Origin: Planctomycetota bacterium
GTDB taxonomy: Bacteria; Planctomycetota; UBA1135
Assembly (NCBI GenBank): GCA_045047305.1
Contig: JASFYO010000029.1
Coordinates: 48,543-112,542, forward strand
Direction of reading: 5' to 3'
DNA length: 64,000 nt
Made by a program: the position numbers and the translations under genes
Notes under the pieces: generated by a model
The model's input: the letters and a program-made list of their open reading frames with translations, nothing else
What the model was told of the DNA's origin: nothing
Databases searched by the model: none
In this document: piece after piece, positions 33,580 to 41,950 of the stretch
Numbering within the stretch: the first letter of the stretch is position 1
How the letters are laid out: each line of letters starts with the position of its first letter

Positions 33580-34545
33580 ATGCTCCGCTTAGTATTAATC
33601 TGTGCATTCGCGTTTGCATCCTGTGGAAACCCTCCATCGGAAGCGCTTCCACCAGCAACACCACCCTCCACTCCCATCGGCCTCCTCCCAAATATCCCAC
33701 TGCCCACCTTTGGGGGCATCCAATTCTGGGCTGACCGTCGTTGGCAAGAAGGTTGGCGAATCCAACAGCACGTTTTCACCAAAGAACATCGGCTACTGGA
33801 TCCAAAGCAAATCAGGATTGCATGGGGAACGCTTGAGGCTTGTGAAGAAGTTATGCGGCAACGTGCGCCCGCCCCCCCAGTGAAGGATCAGAGTCTTGTC
33901 GTTTTACTGCACGGCATCGCCGACAGTCGCCTGAGTTTTTGGCGACTGGAAGACAAATTGCACAAGGATGGCTGGCAAGTTGCATCTTTGTCTTATCCAA
34001 GCACCCACCAATCGCTGCAACAACATGCGGATCATCTTTCCGAGGTGATTGAACACCTACGTGGTTACCGCCAAGTACATTTTGTCACCCATAGTCTTGG
34101 TGGCATTGTGCTGCGCCGTTTCTTGGCCGATGCTGGAGCTTGGCAAAAAACCGTGGAAGTTGGGCGCATTGTGATGATTGGCCCACCAAACCAAGGTGCT
34201 TTATTTGCAGAGAAAGTGGAATCCTTTCCGCCGTACCGCTGGATTTTTGGAGATGCCGGTAACAGTCTTACTCCTACTGCCATGCAATCTTTGCCTGCTC
34301 CCCAAGTCCCATTCCTTGTCATCGCTGGCTCTCGGGGCCAGAAAAACGGTTGGAACCCGATTCTTCCAGGTGACGACGACTTTGTGGTTCGCGTTTCCGA
34401 AACGCATCTGCAAGGCGAGAGCGGCCACTTGCAAGTAAAGAGCGTACATGGCTTTATGATGAACCACGATGGTGTGATTGCTGCCACCCTGGAATTCCTA
34501 AATAGCGGCAAGGTAATGGATCAAAGTTCACTTTCCGAAATGTGA
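33580..34545 (+). CDS. Alpha/beta hydrolase lipoprotein, copy 2 (tandem paralog)
   Basis: Lipobox FASC; LLHGIAD, THSLGG, GPPNQGA, DDFVV, VHGFMM. Confidence 0.85.
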   Translation: MLRLVLICAFAFASCGNPPSEALPPATPPSTPIGLLPNIPLPTFGGIQFWADRRWQEGWRIQQHVFTKEHRLLDPKQIRIAWGTLEACEEVMRQRAPAPPVKDQSLVVLLHGIADSRLSFWRLEDKLHKDGWQVASLSYPSTHQSLQQHADHLSEVIEHLRGYRQVHFVTHSLGGIVLRRFLADAGAWQKTVEVGRIVMIGPPNQGALFAEKVESFPPYRWIFGDAGNSLTPTAMQSLPAPQVPFLVIAGSRGQKNGWNPILPGDDDFVVRVSETHLQGESGHLQVKSVHGFMMNHDGVIAATLEFLNSGKVMDQSSLSEM

Positions 34546-35447
34546 TGCCAGCAAATATGATCCTCTTGCTTGCCGCCATGATTTGGGGCGCCGGATTTGC
34601 AGCGCAATCAGCAGCCATGGACGGCATGGGGCCACTAAGTTTTACAGCGGTCCGCTTTCTACTTGGTTGGTTCGTTTTACAGCCTGTGGTCAAACGACGA
34701 AAGATCACACACCCTGCGTCGGCAACCGTACCGTCCTCCAAACCGGTCATCCTCTTAGGTCTAGTCCTATTTCTGGGATCCCTATTTCAACAATTCGGAT
34801 TGCTCTACACAACGGCCTCTAAAGCCGGGTTCCTTACCGGTCTTTATGTCGTTTTCGTGCCACTGCTCGGTTTATTCCTGCGCCATCGCCTACGACGCAA
34901 CACTTGGATTGGAACTATGCTCGCTGCAACCGGTTTGTATTTCCTTTCTATTACTGACCAGTTTCATTTCGCCTTAGGCGATGGCTTGATTCTTATTGGC
35001 GCCGTGATTTGGGCGGTGCATGTGTTACTGCTCGGACATCTTGCCGCCAAGCGTGACCCCGTGCGTATTGCGTCTCAACAGTTCTTAGTGGTTGCTATCC
35101 TCGCGGCAATTGCTGCGGTATTATTTGAAGACCTTACTCCCAACACTTGGGTTGAAGTATGGCCGTGGGTTGCTTACAGCGGCGTCTTCGCGGTTGCGAT
35201 TGCCTTTACTTTGCAAGCTTTAGGACAAGCCAAGGCCTCCCCAGCGCATTGCGCTATCTTGCTGAGTTTTGAGGCGGTATTCGCCGCTTTGGCTGGGGTG
35301 CTTCTCCTCGACGAGAGTTTGAGTCAACGAGAAATCGGTGGTGGCATCCTTATGTTTATTGGAATCGTGGTGTCGCAGCTTGGACCGAAGGCCACAGCGG
35401 AACAGGAATCGGAATTAGCTCCCGAAGTTCATCCACCCGCTGGTTAA
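34542..35447 (+). CDS. DMT/EamA family transporter
   Basis: IWGAGF.AQ, QQFGLLYTTASKAGFLTGLYVVFVP, LSFEAVFAA; about ten TM helices. Confidence 0.9.
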   Translation: MMPANMILLLAAMIWGAGFAAQSAAMDGMGPLSFTAVRFLLGWFVLQPVVKRRKITHPASATVPSSKPVILLGLVLFLGSLFQQFGLLYTTASKAGFLTGLYVVFVPLLGLFLRHRLRRNTWIGTMLAATGLYFLSITDQFHFALGDGLILIGAVIWAVHVLLLGHLAAKRDPVRIASQQFLVVAILAAIAAVLFEDLTPNTWVEVWPWVAYSGVFAVAIAFTLQALGQAKASPAHCAILLSFEAVFAALAGVLLLDESLSQREIGGGILMFIGIVVSQLGPKATAEQESELAPEVHPPAG

Positions 35448-35537
35448 GTTAGCTGCCGATGCAAAAACAACTTTTATTTGTCCTACTTCCTTTGTTGGGC
35501 TGGCGGAGGTAATTGAGATGGTTTTATTTCATGAGAA

Positions 35538-35569
35538 CAGCCGCTACAGAACAAAGTCTGTAGCGGCTG
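35538..35569. terminator. Intrinsic terminator-like hairpin between convergent units
   Basis: 13-bp perfect inverted repeat CAGCCGCTACAGA-ACAAAG-TCTGTAGCGGCTG. Confidence 0.7.
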
Positions 35570-35590
35570 AAAGGTGAGACAGGAATTCGC

Positions 35591-35896
35591 TTAGCTAATC
35601 ACAGGTTCGACCGGATTCGCTTCGTAAATCCGAATCTCTGGTCCACCTACGATGAGATTGGGAATACGCACACCTAACTCACGGAAGTGATCCGTAGCAA
35701 AGTGAAAGTCAATCGCTGCCTGATCCGCCCACTGCTCATAGAAGTGCACCATGTCTGGATCCTCCGACGAAAAGAAGTAGCGGTAGCTAATGCAACCTAG
35801 CTCCGCACGTGACGGCTCCAGCATTCCATTCAGTAATTTAATCAGTTCCGCACGCTTTCCAGGCGCGGCCTTCATCTCGGCAATGATGATGCGCAT
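35591..35896 (-). CDS. ABM-domain protein (putative quinol monooxygenase)
   Basis: APGKRAEL...SRAELGCISY...FYEQWAD.AAIDFHFATDHF. Confidence 0.85.
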   Translation of the reverse strand: MRIIIAEMKAAPGKRAELIKLLNGMLEPSRAELGCISYRYFFSSEDPDMVHFYEQWADQAAIDFHFATDHFRELGVRIPNLIVGGPEIRIYEANPVEPVIS

Positions 35897-35905
35897 GTTT
35901 AGATT

Positions 35906-36469
35906 TTACCGTTTGCCCTTAGCCTTATCCTCGACACGTTTCATGTCAATCACCATGTTCTTCTCGCCGTTGGCAAAGAAAGTAATGGTGTAGGCATCCT
36001 TGGTACGTACGGTTTCATTGTACATTTCGGTCATTTTTCCCATGGCATCTGGCGCCTTCCACTTCATGGTTAAGACCTTGCCTTGCTTATCGTAATTACC
36101 TTTCATGACACTGAAAGTTGTGCTTACGTTATCCATCCAAGTTCCCACATACTGCTTTGCTATTGGATCATAACCCGAATAGCCAAAGCCGTTGTATTCA
36201 CCCATGGGCCCCATGGAAGTCGTGAAGTAGGAGTGAACCCAAAATGGGCCTTGCGCTGTAACCACTTCGGAAGCTGGCATCGGCATTTCTGGAACGCCCG
36301 GCATAAACATGGTGACCGTGCCTTCCCAGTTACCAACGCCTTCCTGCAGCGCCTTATGCTGCGCGGTCGGTTTCGGCATTTGAGGTTCTTGGTTCCACAC
36401 GCTGGTCGCCGCAAACACTGCGGAACCTGCGACTGTAAGAATGAGGGTAGCTAGGAGAGTTTTCTTCAT
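35906..36469 (-). CDS. DUF1579-like secreted protein
   Basis: Signal peptide; PTAQHKAL...VGNWEG, GYSGYDP..KQYVGTWMD. Confidence 0.75.
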   Translation of the reverse strand: MKKTLLATLILTVAGSAVFAATSVWNQEPQMPKPTAQHKALQEGVGNWEGTVTMFMPGVPEMPMPASEVVTAQGPFWVHSYFTTSMGPMGEYNGFGYSGYDPIAKQYVGTWMDNVSTTFSVMKGNYDKQGKVLTMKWKAPDAMGKMTEMYNETVRTKDAYTITFFANGEKNMVIDMKRVEDKAKGKR

Positions 36470-36474
36470 GACAT

Positions 36475-39400
36475 TTATGATGTTACTTGAGGGCTGCGGA
36501 AATGGCTATCCAATGCCGCGACATCGCGCAAGAGCTGTAGATGGTCCACTTCCACGGTGATTGAGCCGAATTCATCTCGTGCGATGCCTTCAATCACGTA
36601 AGGTCCGCGGGTTAAAGTCCATGGGGCCAGGCGTTTATAGGCCTGTGGAAAAAGCACGGTTTCATAGAGAGCAGTGGTGTCCTCAAAAGAAAGGAAGGAC
36701 ATGGATTCCCCGCTTTTGGTGCGCACTGGTTTCTGCGTCACCTGCCACCCAACCAACCGCACCCTACGCCCGGCATACTTTGCCAAATCGCGCGCAGGGA
36801 CGACGTCGACGGCGCGGATGGCTTCTTGATGCAAACTGAGTGGATGACGTGAGACCAAATATCCGAGCGTTTCCTCCTCCATCTCGAGCAATCGACGGAT
36901 ACTAAATTCGGCAGCGGTGGGTGGCGCGGGCACTCCGGGATCTGCAAACAAACGTGCTTCGCGTACTGCAGATGCCGTGCGCGAGGACTTGTACAGCGCC
37001 GTCCAACGCATCCGTTCAGGACGGGTGAATCCGTCGGGCAGTCCATCCATAGCACCGGCGCGCACCAACAATTCCAGCTGCTCGCGGGTCGGTGTTAAGC
37101 GCGACACAAAATCCTGCATTCCGATGTAAGGCCCACCATGCTCCCGTTCTTCCAGCAACTGTGGCACGAGGGCTCTACGTAATCCTTGAATCTCATATAG
37201 GCCCGTGCGCAAACTCCGTGCACGCCCGAAGAAATGTCCGCCGCCACGATTCACACATGGACGCTCAACCGTCAGCCCCATACGTAAAGCTTCTGCGACG
37301 TAAGCAAAACTCGCGTAAAAGCCGCCATGATTGCGCAACACCGACGCCATGAATTCCGCTGGATGATGCGCACGCAAGTACGCCGAGCGATAGCTCACCT
37401 CCGCATAACTTGCCGAATGCGCTTTGCAAAAAGAGTATCCAGCAAAAGACTCAATCTGCCGCCACAACTCCGCGGCAACCTCGACTGTCAGCCCCGCCTT
37501 CTGTACGCCACACATAAAGGTAGAACGCCATTCAGGCAAACGCTTATGCGCACCCTTTTTGGTCATGGCCTTACGCAAGCCGTCGGCATCGGCCGCGGTC
37601 ATCCCTGCCAGACGTTGTGCGACACGCAGTACATCTTCTTGATAAGCCATCACCCCATAGGTTTCGCTGAAAAGCTCGCGCAAAAGTGGGTGCAGGTACC
37701 AATCCGCTTGATGCTTGCCAGTAGTGCGCACCGCATGATGGCGCTCGATATAGGCCTGCATCATGCCGGAGGAAGAAATGCCCGGGCGAATAATGGAGGA
37801 CGCCGCAACCAAAGTCGTGAACTCGCGGCAGCGTAATTTCCGTAAGAGACTACGCATGCTAGGCGATTCGATATAGAAGCAACCCATGGTGTCGCCCGCA
37901 GCGATCATCTCTTGCGTGCGTAAATCAGTTTTAGGATTGAGGCGCCCGAATCCAAGCTTGATGCCGCTGTTACGACGCACCATCTTTTGCGCATCCCGCA
38001 CCACTGCGAGCCCGCGGTTGCCAAGCAAATCAATTTTCAACAGGCCTGCGTCTTCGACCGGCCCCATATCCCACTGGGTGATCACCAGATGCCCGTCTTC
38101 GGTTTGCTTACGCGCGCGTTGCAGTGGCAAATGGTCGGTCAGCGCTGTTGGCGCCAACACCATGCCGCCTGCATGCACGCCGAGATGACGCGGAAAGCCG
38201 TCGATGGCAACGGCTTGCTGCAAAATGGTGCGCCAAGGTTCTTCCTGCAACGGTAGCTGCGCAGATTTTGGGTGTGACCGCAGGCGGTCTAAATCAAGGC
38301 CGCCGCGTGACCATGGAAGCGCACGCGTGATCGGCGTGATTTCCACTGGCGGCACCCCCATCGCTTTGGCGAGCTCACGAATCGCGCCGCGTGCACCAAA
38401 GGTAACATGCGTGCTGAGCATAGCCACATGATCATTGCCGTGGCGGCGCACCATGCGGTCAAGCACGCGGTCGCGTTCATCCCAAGCGAAGTCGAGGTCG
38501 ACATCGGGGAAATCAGGGCGTCCGCGGTTGAGGAAGCGGTCGAACCACAAATCATGCTGCAGTGGGTCAACATGCGTGAAGCCGAGCAAATAACTCACCA
38601 AGCTGTTGGCGGCAGATCCGCGTCCACAGTTCTGAATGCCTTGCTGCTGCGCCCACGACACGATGTCCGCGACAATGAGGAAGTAGTCAGATAAATCCTG
38701 CTCGCGAATCAGCTGCAATTCACGCTGCAGTTGCTGCGCATAGGCTTCATTCCAAGCTAAACCACGACAGGTTATGCCCGCACGGCAGGCGCGCTCTAAT
38801 TCTGCCCAGGCTGCCGCTTGATGCGCGACGGGGTCGGCGTGAGGATCACCACCGATATCCGACTTCAACCGCAGCCGCGGCATACGCTTTACCCCTAGCG
38901 GAATACGGTAATCCGCACGCTCCGCCAACTCGCGCGCACGCTGCAACGACTCCGGGTAATAGCGGTAATCCATGCCTAACTCCAGTTCATTGCGCAACCA
39001 TGCAGGCACCTCACGAGCACGACTTCCACGGATACTTGGGTCGGCGCAAGCGAGAGCGGCGGCGGGCAAGCGCGACAGATTGGTGTTGCGCCCGATCGCA
39101 ACCAGTAAGCGATGACGTGTGAAATCCTCTGGCGATGCGAAGACCACCGCAGGGCATGCCAAAGTGGGCAATTGCAAAGTGCTTGCCAAATCCGCATCTC
39201 TTTGTGCACGTGCGCCACTTTGCTGTGCGACATACAAATCCTCATCGCCACTTTGCGCTTGCAAGGCACGCAACAGATCACCGTGGCGCGAAAGGATGGC
39301 AAAGCTTCCGCTAGCAACTCTCTCACGCTCCTCTAGCAACCACTGCAACAGCAAACGCGGTATGCCTAAGCCGACATGCTCGACAAAAACCATGGCCGCC

Positions 39401-39705
39401 CCACGTACTGGAGACAGTGTCAGCTGCACTTTGGTGGAGAGCCGACACAGCGCAGCCCATCCATCTGAGTTCATGGCAAGCAGCTGAGCCTCCACGCCTT
39501 CTACACGCAAACGCAGGCCAAAAACTGGCTTGACTCCCTTACTTTCGCACGCGCGTTGAAATGGAACCGCACCCCATAAGCCATTGAGGTCTGCCATGCC
39601 AAGAGCCGCCACCCCACGCTCTGCCGCCGCCGTGGCTAGTTCTGCGACTCGCGAAGCCCCCCAGTGGAAAGACCAGGGTGTCGCTACTGAGAGTTGCGCA
39701 GCCAC
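36475..39705 (-). CDS. dnaE2: Error-prone DNA polymerase III alpha subunit (DnaE2-type)
   Basis: GRGSAANSLV, PDVDLDF, RHLGVHAGG, LLKIDLLG, FAGYSFCKAHSASY; degenerate PHP domain; C-terminal OB fold; lies in the lexA operon. Confidence 0.92.
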   Translation of the reverse strand: MAAQLSVATPWSFHWGASRVAELATAAAERGVAALGMADLNGLWGAVPFQRACESKGVKPVFGLRLRVEGVEAQLLAMNSDGWAALCRLSTKVQLTLSPVRGAAMVFVEHVGLGIPRLLLQWLLEERERVASGSFAILSRHGDLLRALQAQSGDEDLYVAQQSGARAQRDADLASTLQLPTLACPAVVFASPEDFTRHRLLVAIGRNTNLSRLPAAALACADPSIRGSRAREVPAWLRNELELGMDYRYYPESLQRARELAERADYRIPLGVKRMPRLRLKSDIGGDPHADPVAHQAAAWAELERACRAGITCRGLAWNEAYAQQLQRELQLIREQDLSDYFLIVADIVSWAQQQGIQNCGRGSAANSLVSYLLGFTHVDPLQHDLWFDRFLNRGRPDFPDVDLDFAWDERDRVLDRMVRRHGNDHVAMLSTHVTFGARGAIRELAKAMGVPPVEITPITRALPWSRGGLDLDRLRSHPKSAQLPLQEEPWRTILQQAVAIDGFPRHLGVHAGGMVLAPTALTDHLPLQRARKQTEDGHLVITQWDMGPVEDAGLLKIDLLGNRGLAVVRDAQKMVRRNSGIKLGFGRLNPKTDLRTQEMIAAGDTMGCFYIESPSMRSLLRKLRCREFTTLVAASSIIRPGISSSGMMQAYIERHHAVRTTGKHQADWYLHPLLRELFSETYGVMAYQEDVLRVAQRLAGMTAADADGLRKAMTKKGAHKRLPEWRSTFMCGVQKAGLTVEVAAELWRQIESFAGYSFCKAHSASYAEVSYRSAYLRAHHPAEFMASVLRNHGGFYASFAYVAEALRMGLTVERPCVNRGGGHFFGRARSLRTGLYEIQGLRRALVPQLLEEREHGGPYIGMQDFVSRLTPTREQLELLVRAGAMDGLPDGFTRPERMRWTALYKSSRTASAVREARLFADPGVPAPPTAAEFSIRRLLEMEEETLGYLVSRHPLSLHQEAIRAVDVVPARDLAKYAGRRVRLVGWQVTQKPVRTKSGESMSFLSFEDTTALYETVLFPQAYKRLAPWTLTRGPYVIEGIARDEFGSITVEVDHLQLLRDVAALDSHFRSPQVTS

Positions 39706-40880
39706 AGCCGATCTCCTGCACGCACCGACTTTTCACCGTATTTAGCACGCATCCGGTCCATCACCGCTAAGCGCCCGCGCTGCACCACGCGTTCTTCTTC
39801 GAACAATCCGCCTTGCCAAAAGCCACGTTCCAAGCCACTAAAACGCACGCCGACTAAACGCACCAGAGTGCGCCGCTTCTTCAACACTCGTTCGAGCAAG
39901 GAACTAGCAAGCTCCCACCATTCCAAATCATGGTCACTTGGCCGCGGCAAAGTGGCATCCCGTGTTTCAGTGGTGAAATCCGCATAACGCACCTTGATAC
40001 TGATGGTGCGTGCCAACAAACCTTTCTCGCGTAGCTCCGCGCAACACTTTTCCAGCATGCGCTGCATACGTCCACGCAGAACTAAGAGGTCATCGGTGTC
40101 TTCTGCAAAAGTGCGTTCCTGGCTTAGCGATTTACGCGCAGTCTTCTCCCACGGTGGACGCACTGGGGTTTGATCTTCACCCTTGGCACGCCGACGCATC
40201 GAGCGACCATAACGCCCGAAGACATCTTCTAGAAACCAGCCATCGGTGTCCGCGAGCACGCCAAGTTGGTCGATATGGAAATCACGCAAGCGTTTCTGCG
40301 TGACTGGGCCGATACCAGGCAACACCTTCACCGGAAGCGGCGCAAAGAAACGTGACTCCTGTCCAGGGCGGACATCGAAGAGTCCATGCGGTTTGGCAAA
40401 TCCAGACGCCACCTTACTCACCAAACGGTTCTGCGAAACCCCCACGGTAAGATCTAAGCGCAAACGCTCCTTCACTTCTTTGCGCATATGATCGGCCGCA
40501 TCTAAAGAGCGCCCGAAAAAGTGTTCGGTGCCGCGCAAATCCAAATACGCTTCGTCGACGGAGACCTTTTCCACAATCGGCGTATACGAGCCCAGTAGGT
40601 CAAACACCGCTTTCGATGCCCGCGCATACACACCGCGGGTTGCACTCACACGGACTAAATCCGGGCACAAGCGCATCGCTTGCCCCATCGGCATGGCGGA
40701 GTGCACCCCAAACTGTCGTGCTTCATAGGAGGCTGCGGCCACCACACCGCGACCTTCTACCGGCCCGCCCACGACCACTGGGCGACCATTCAAACGCGGG
40801 TCCAAGACCCGCTCCACCGAAACGAAGAAGGCATCTAGGTCCACATGCAGGACCGAACGCGGAGCCTCTTCTTGATTCAT
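39684..40880 (-). CDS. dinB: Y-family DNA polymerase IV with intact catalytic residues
   Basis: HVDLDAFF, AASYEAR, SVDEAY, PGIG; C-terminal QGGLF clamp-binding-like motif. Confidence 0.92.
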   Translation of the reverse strand: MNQEEAPRSVLHVDLDAFFVSVERVLDPRLNGRPVVVGGPVEGRGVVAAASYEARQFGVHSAMPMGQAMRLCPDLVRVSATRGVYARASKAVFDLLGSYTPIVEKVSVDEAYLDLRGTEHFFGRSLDAADHMRKEVKERLRLDLTVGVSQNRLVSKVASGFAKPHGLFDVRPGQESRFFAPLPVKVLPGIGPVTQKRLRDFHIDQLGVLADTDGWFLEDVFGRYGRSMRRRAKGEDQTPVRPPWEKTARKSLSQERTFAEDTDDLLVLRGRMQRMLEKCCAELREKGLLARTISIKVRYADFTTETRDATLPRPSDHDLEWWELASSLLERVLKKRRTLVRLVGVRFSGLERGFWQGGLFEEERVVQRGRLAVMDRMRAKYGEKSVRAGDRLWLRNSQ

Positions 40881-41230
40881 GCCTCTTCAGATTGGTCTGG
40901 CTCAAACTGACGTAAACGCCCCACCACCACACCGCGCACTTGCGCCGACATCCTTTCTGCAGGCGGCAAGAAACCACCCACTCCTTTAAAACTGAAGTCA
41001 TCTTGCACGCGCGCCAAAGCCAAAGTGCGCTCGACGCCAGTCCACCACACCACCAAATCGCCGGCTTCGACATCGACGCCTTCGGTGATGGCGAACACAT
41101 CGCCCACGCGTAATTGCTCCTCGTCTTCCGCTGGCTCACCGCGGAGTGCGAGGAAAAACGTATGCGGACTATCCGAAAATTGACCGGCCTGGCCGCCCAT
41201 CTCTACTTCTTCCAACATCACTGCAGGCAT
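40877..41230 (-). CDS. Stand-alone S24 (LexA C-terminal/UmuD'-like) domain lacking the catalytic Ser and Lys
   Basis: 117 aa; PHTFFLALRGEP...LRVGDVFAI...AGDLVVW...LALARV...VRGVVVGRLR aligns with the neighbouring LexA C-terminal domain; ATG 4 nt after the lexA stop; ATGA overlap with dinB. Confidence 0.75.
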   Translation of the reverse strand: MPAVMLEEVEMGGQAGQFSDSPHTFFLALRGEPAEDEEQLRVGDVFAITEGVDVEAGDLVVWWTGVERTLALARVQDDFSFKGVGGFLPPAERMSAQVRGVVVGRLRQFEPDQSEEA

Positions 41231-41234
41231 TTTT

Positions 41235-41864
41235 TTATCCCCAACAACGCAACACTCCGACCACACGCCCTGCCAAAGCAAAGCTTTCTCCAGGATGTAT
41301 CACGCGGTCGGAAAGCGCGCAATTCTCTGGATGTAACACAATACGCCCGGCCTCCGGCAAATACCGCTTGACCGTGGCCTCCATTTCTTCGCCGTCGCCC
41401 AATAAGGCCACCACGATTTCTCCACGCGCGACCTGAGCCGCTTGTTCGACTAAAACTAGGTCCCCATCGAGGATGCCGGCTTCGATCATGGAGTCGCCTT
41501 GCACACGCAAAGCGAAATCTGCGCAGCTGCCATCCAGCCGCGGCAACTGGCCCTCTCGGTTTTCTAGCGCGAGGATGGGTACGCCTGCTGCAACCCGGCC
41601 GAGGATAGGAATTGCCGTTTCTGAGGCCGTTACAAGCAAAATCCGAATCGAACGCGAATTCCTACCCAGTTCCACATAACCTTTTCGCTCCAGCGCCCGA
41701 AGATGAAAGTCGGCGGTTTGTGCACTCACTCCCAATTTCGCCCCCAGCTCCGCGCGAGTTGGCGGACATTCCTGAGCAGCTTGAGCCTGTTGCAACACGG
41801 CCAATACCGCGCTTTGACGCGGACTCAGCGGCTCCAGGCCTTCAGCAGCGGACAAACTTCCCAT
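41235..41864 (-). CDS. lexA: SOS repressor LexA
   Basis: LSPRQ..VL, PPTRAELG...HLRALERKGY (wHTH), GRVAAG (Ala-Gly site), VQGDSM (Ser), ATVKR (Lys). Confidence 0.93.
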   Translation of the reverse strand: MGSLSAAEGLEPLSPRQSAVLAVLQQAQAAQECPPTRAELGAKLGVSAQTADFHLRALERKGYVELGRNSRSIRILLVTASETAIPILGRVAAGVPILALENREGQLPRLDGSCADFALRVQGDSMIEAGILDGDLVLVEQAAQVARGEIVVALLGDGEEMEATVKRYLPEAGRIVLHPENCALSDRVIHPGESFALAGRVVGVLRCWG

Positions 41865-41871
41865 ACCGACC

Positions 41872-41899
41872 ACTATATGATAAATATCAGATATCGCAA
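41872..41899 (-). promoter_or_regulatory. Sigma70-like lexA promoter with palindromic operator candidate
   Basis: Minus strand TTGCGA-N16-TATAGT-N7-ATG; spacer holds the TGATA-N2-TATCA palindrome. Confidence 0.65.
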
Positions 41900-41950
41900 G
41901 CCCCAGCGCGAAACGCGCAATTCACCTCCCCTAGCGCTACGATAAAACGC

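Noticed and set aside
39684..40880. Calling the Y-family gene imuB or umuC
   Set aside because: Catalytic acidic residues are intact, unlike ImuB; length and motifs fit DinB better than UmuC
41612..41950. 113-aa N-terminal extension of the transglutaminase-like ORF
   Set aside because: Overlaps lexA on the opposite strand; lipoprotein signal and -10 spacing point to ATG 41951
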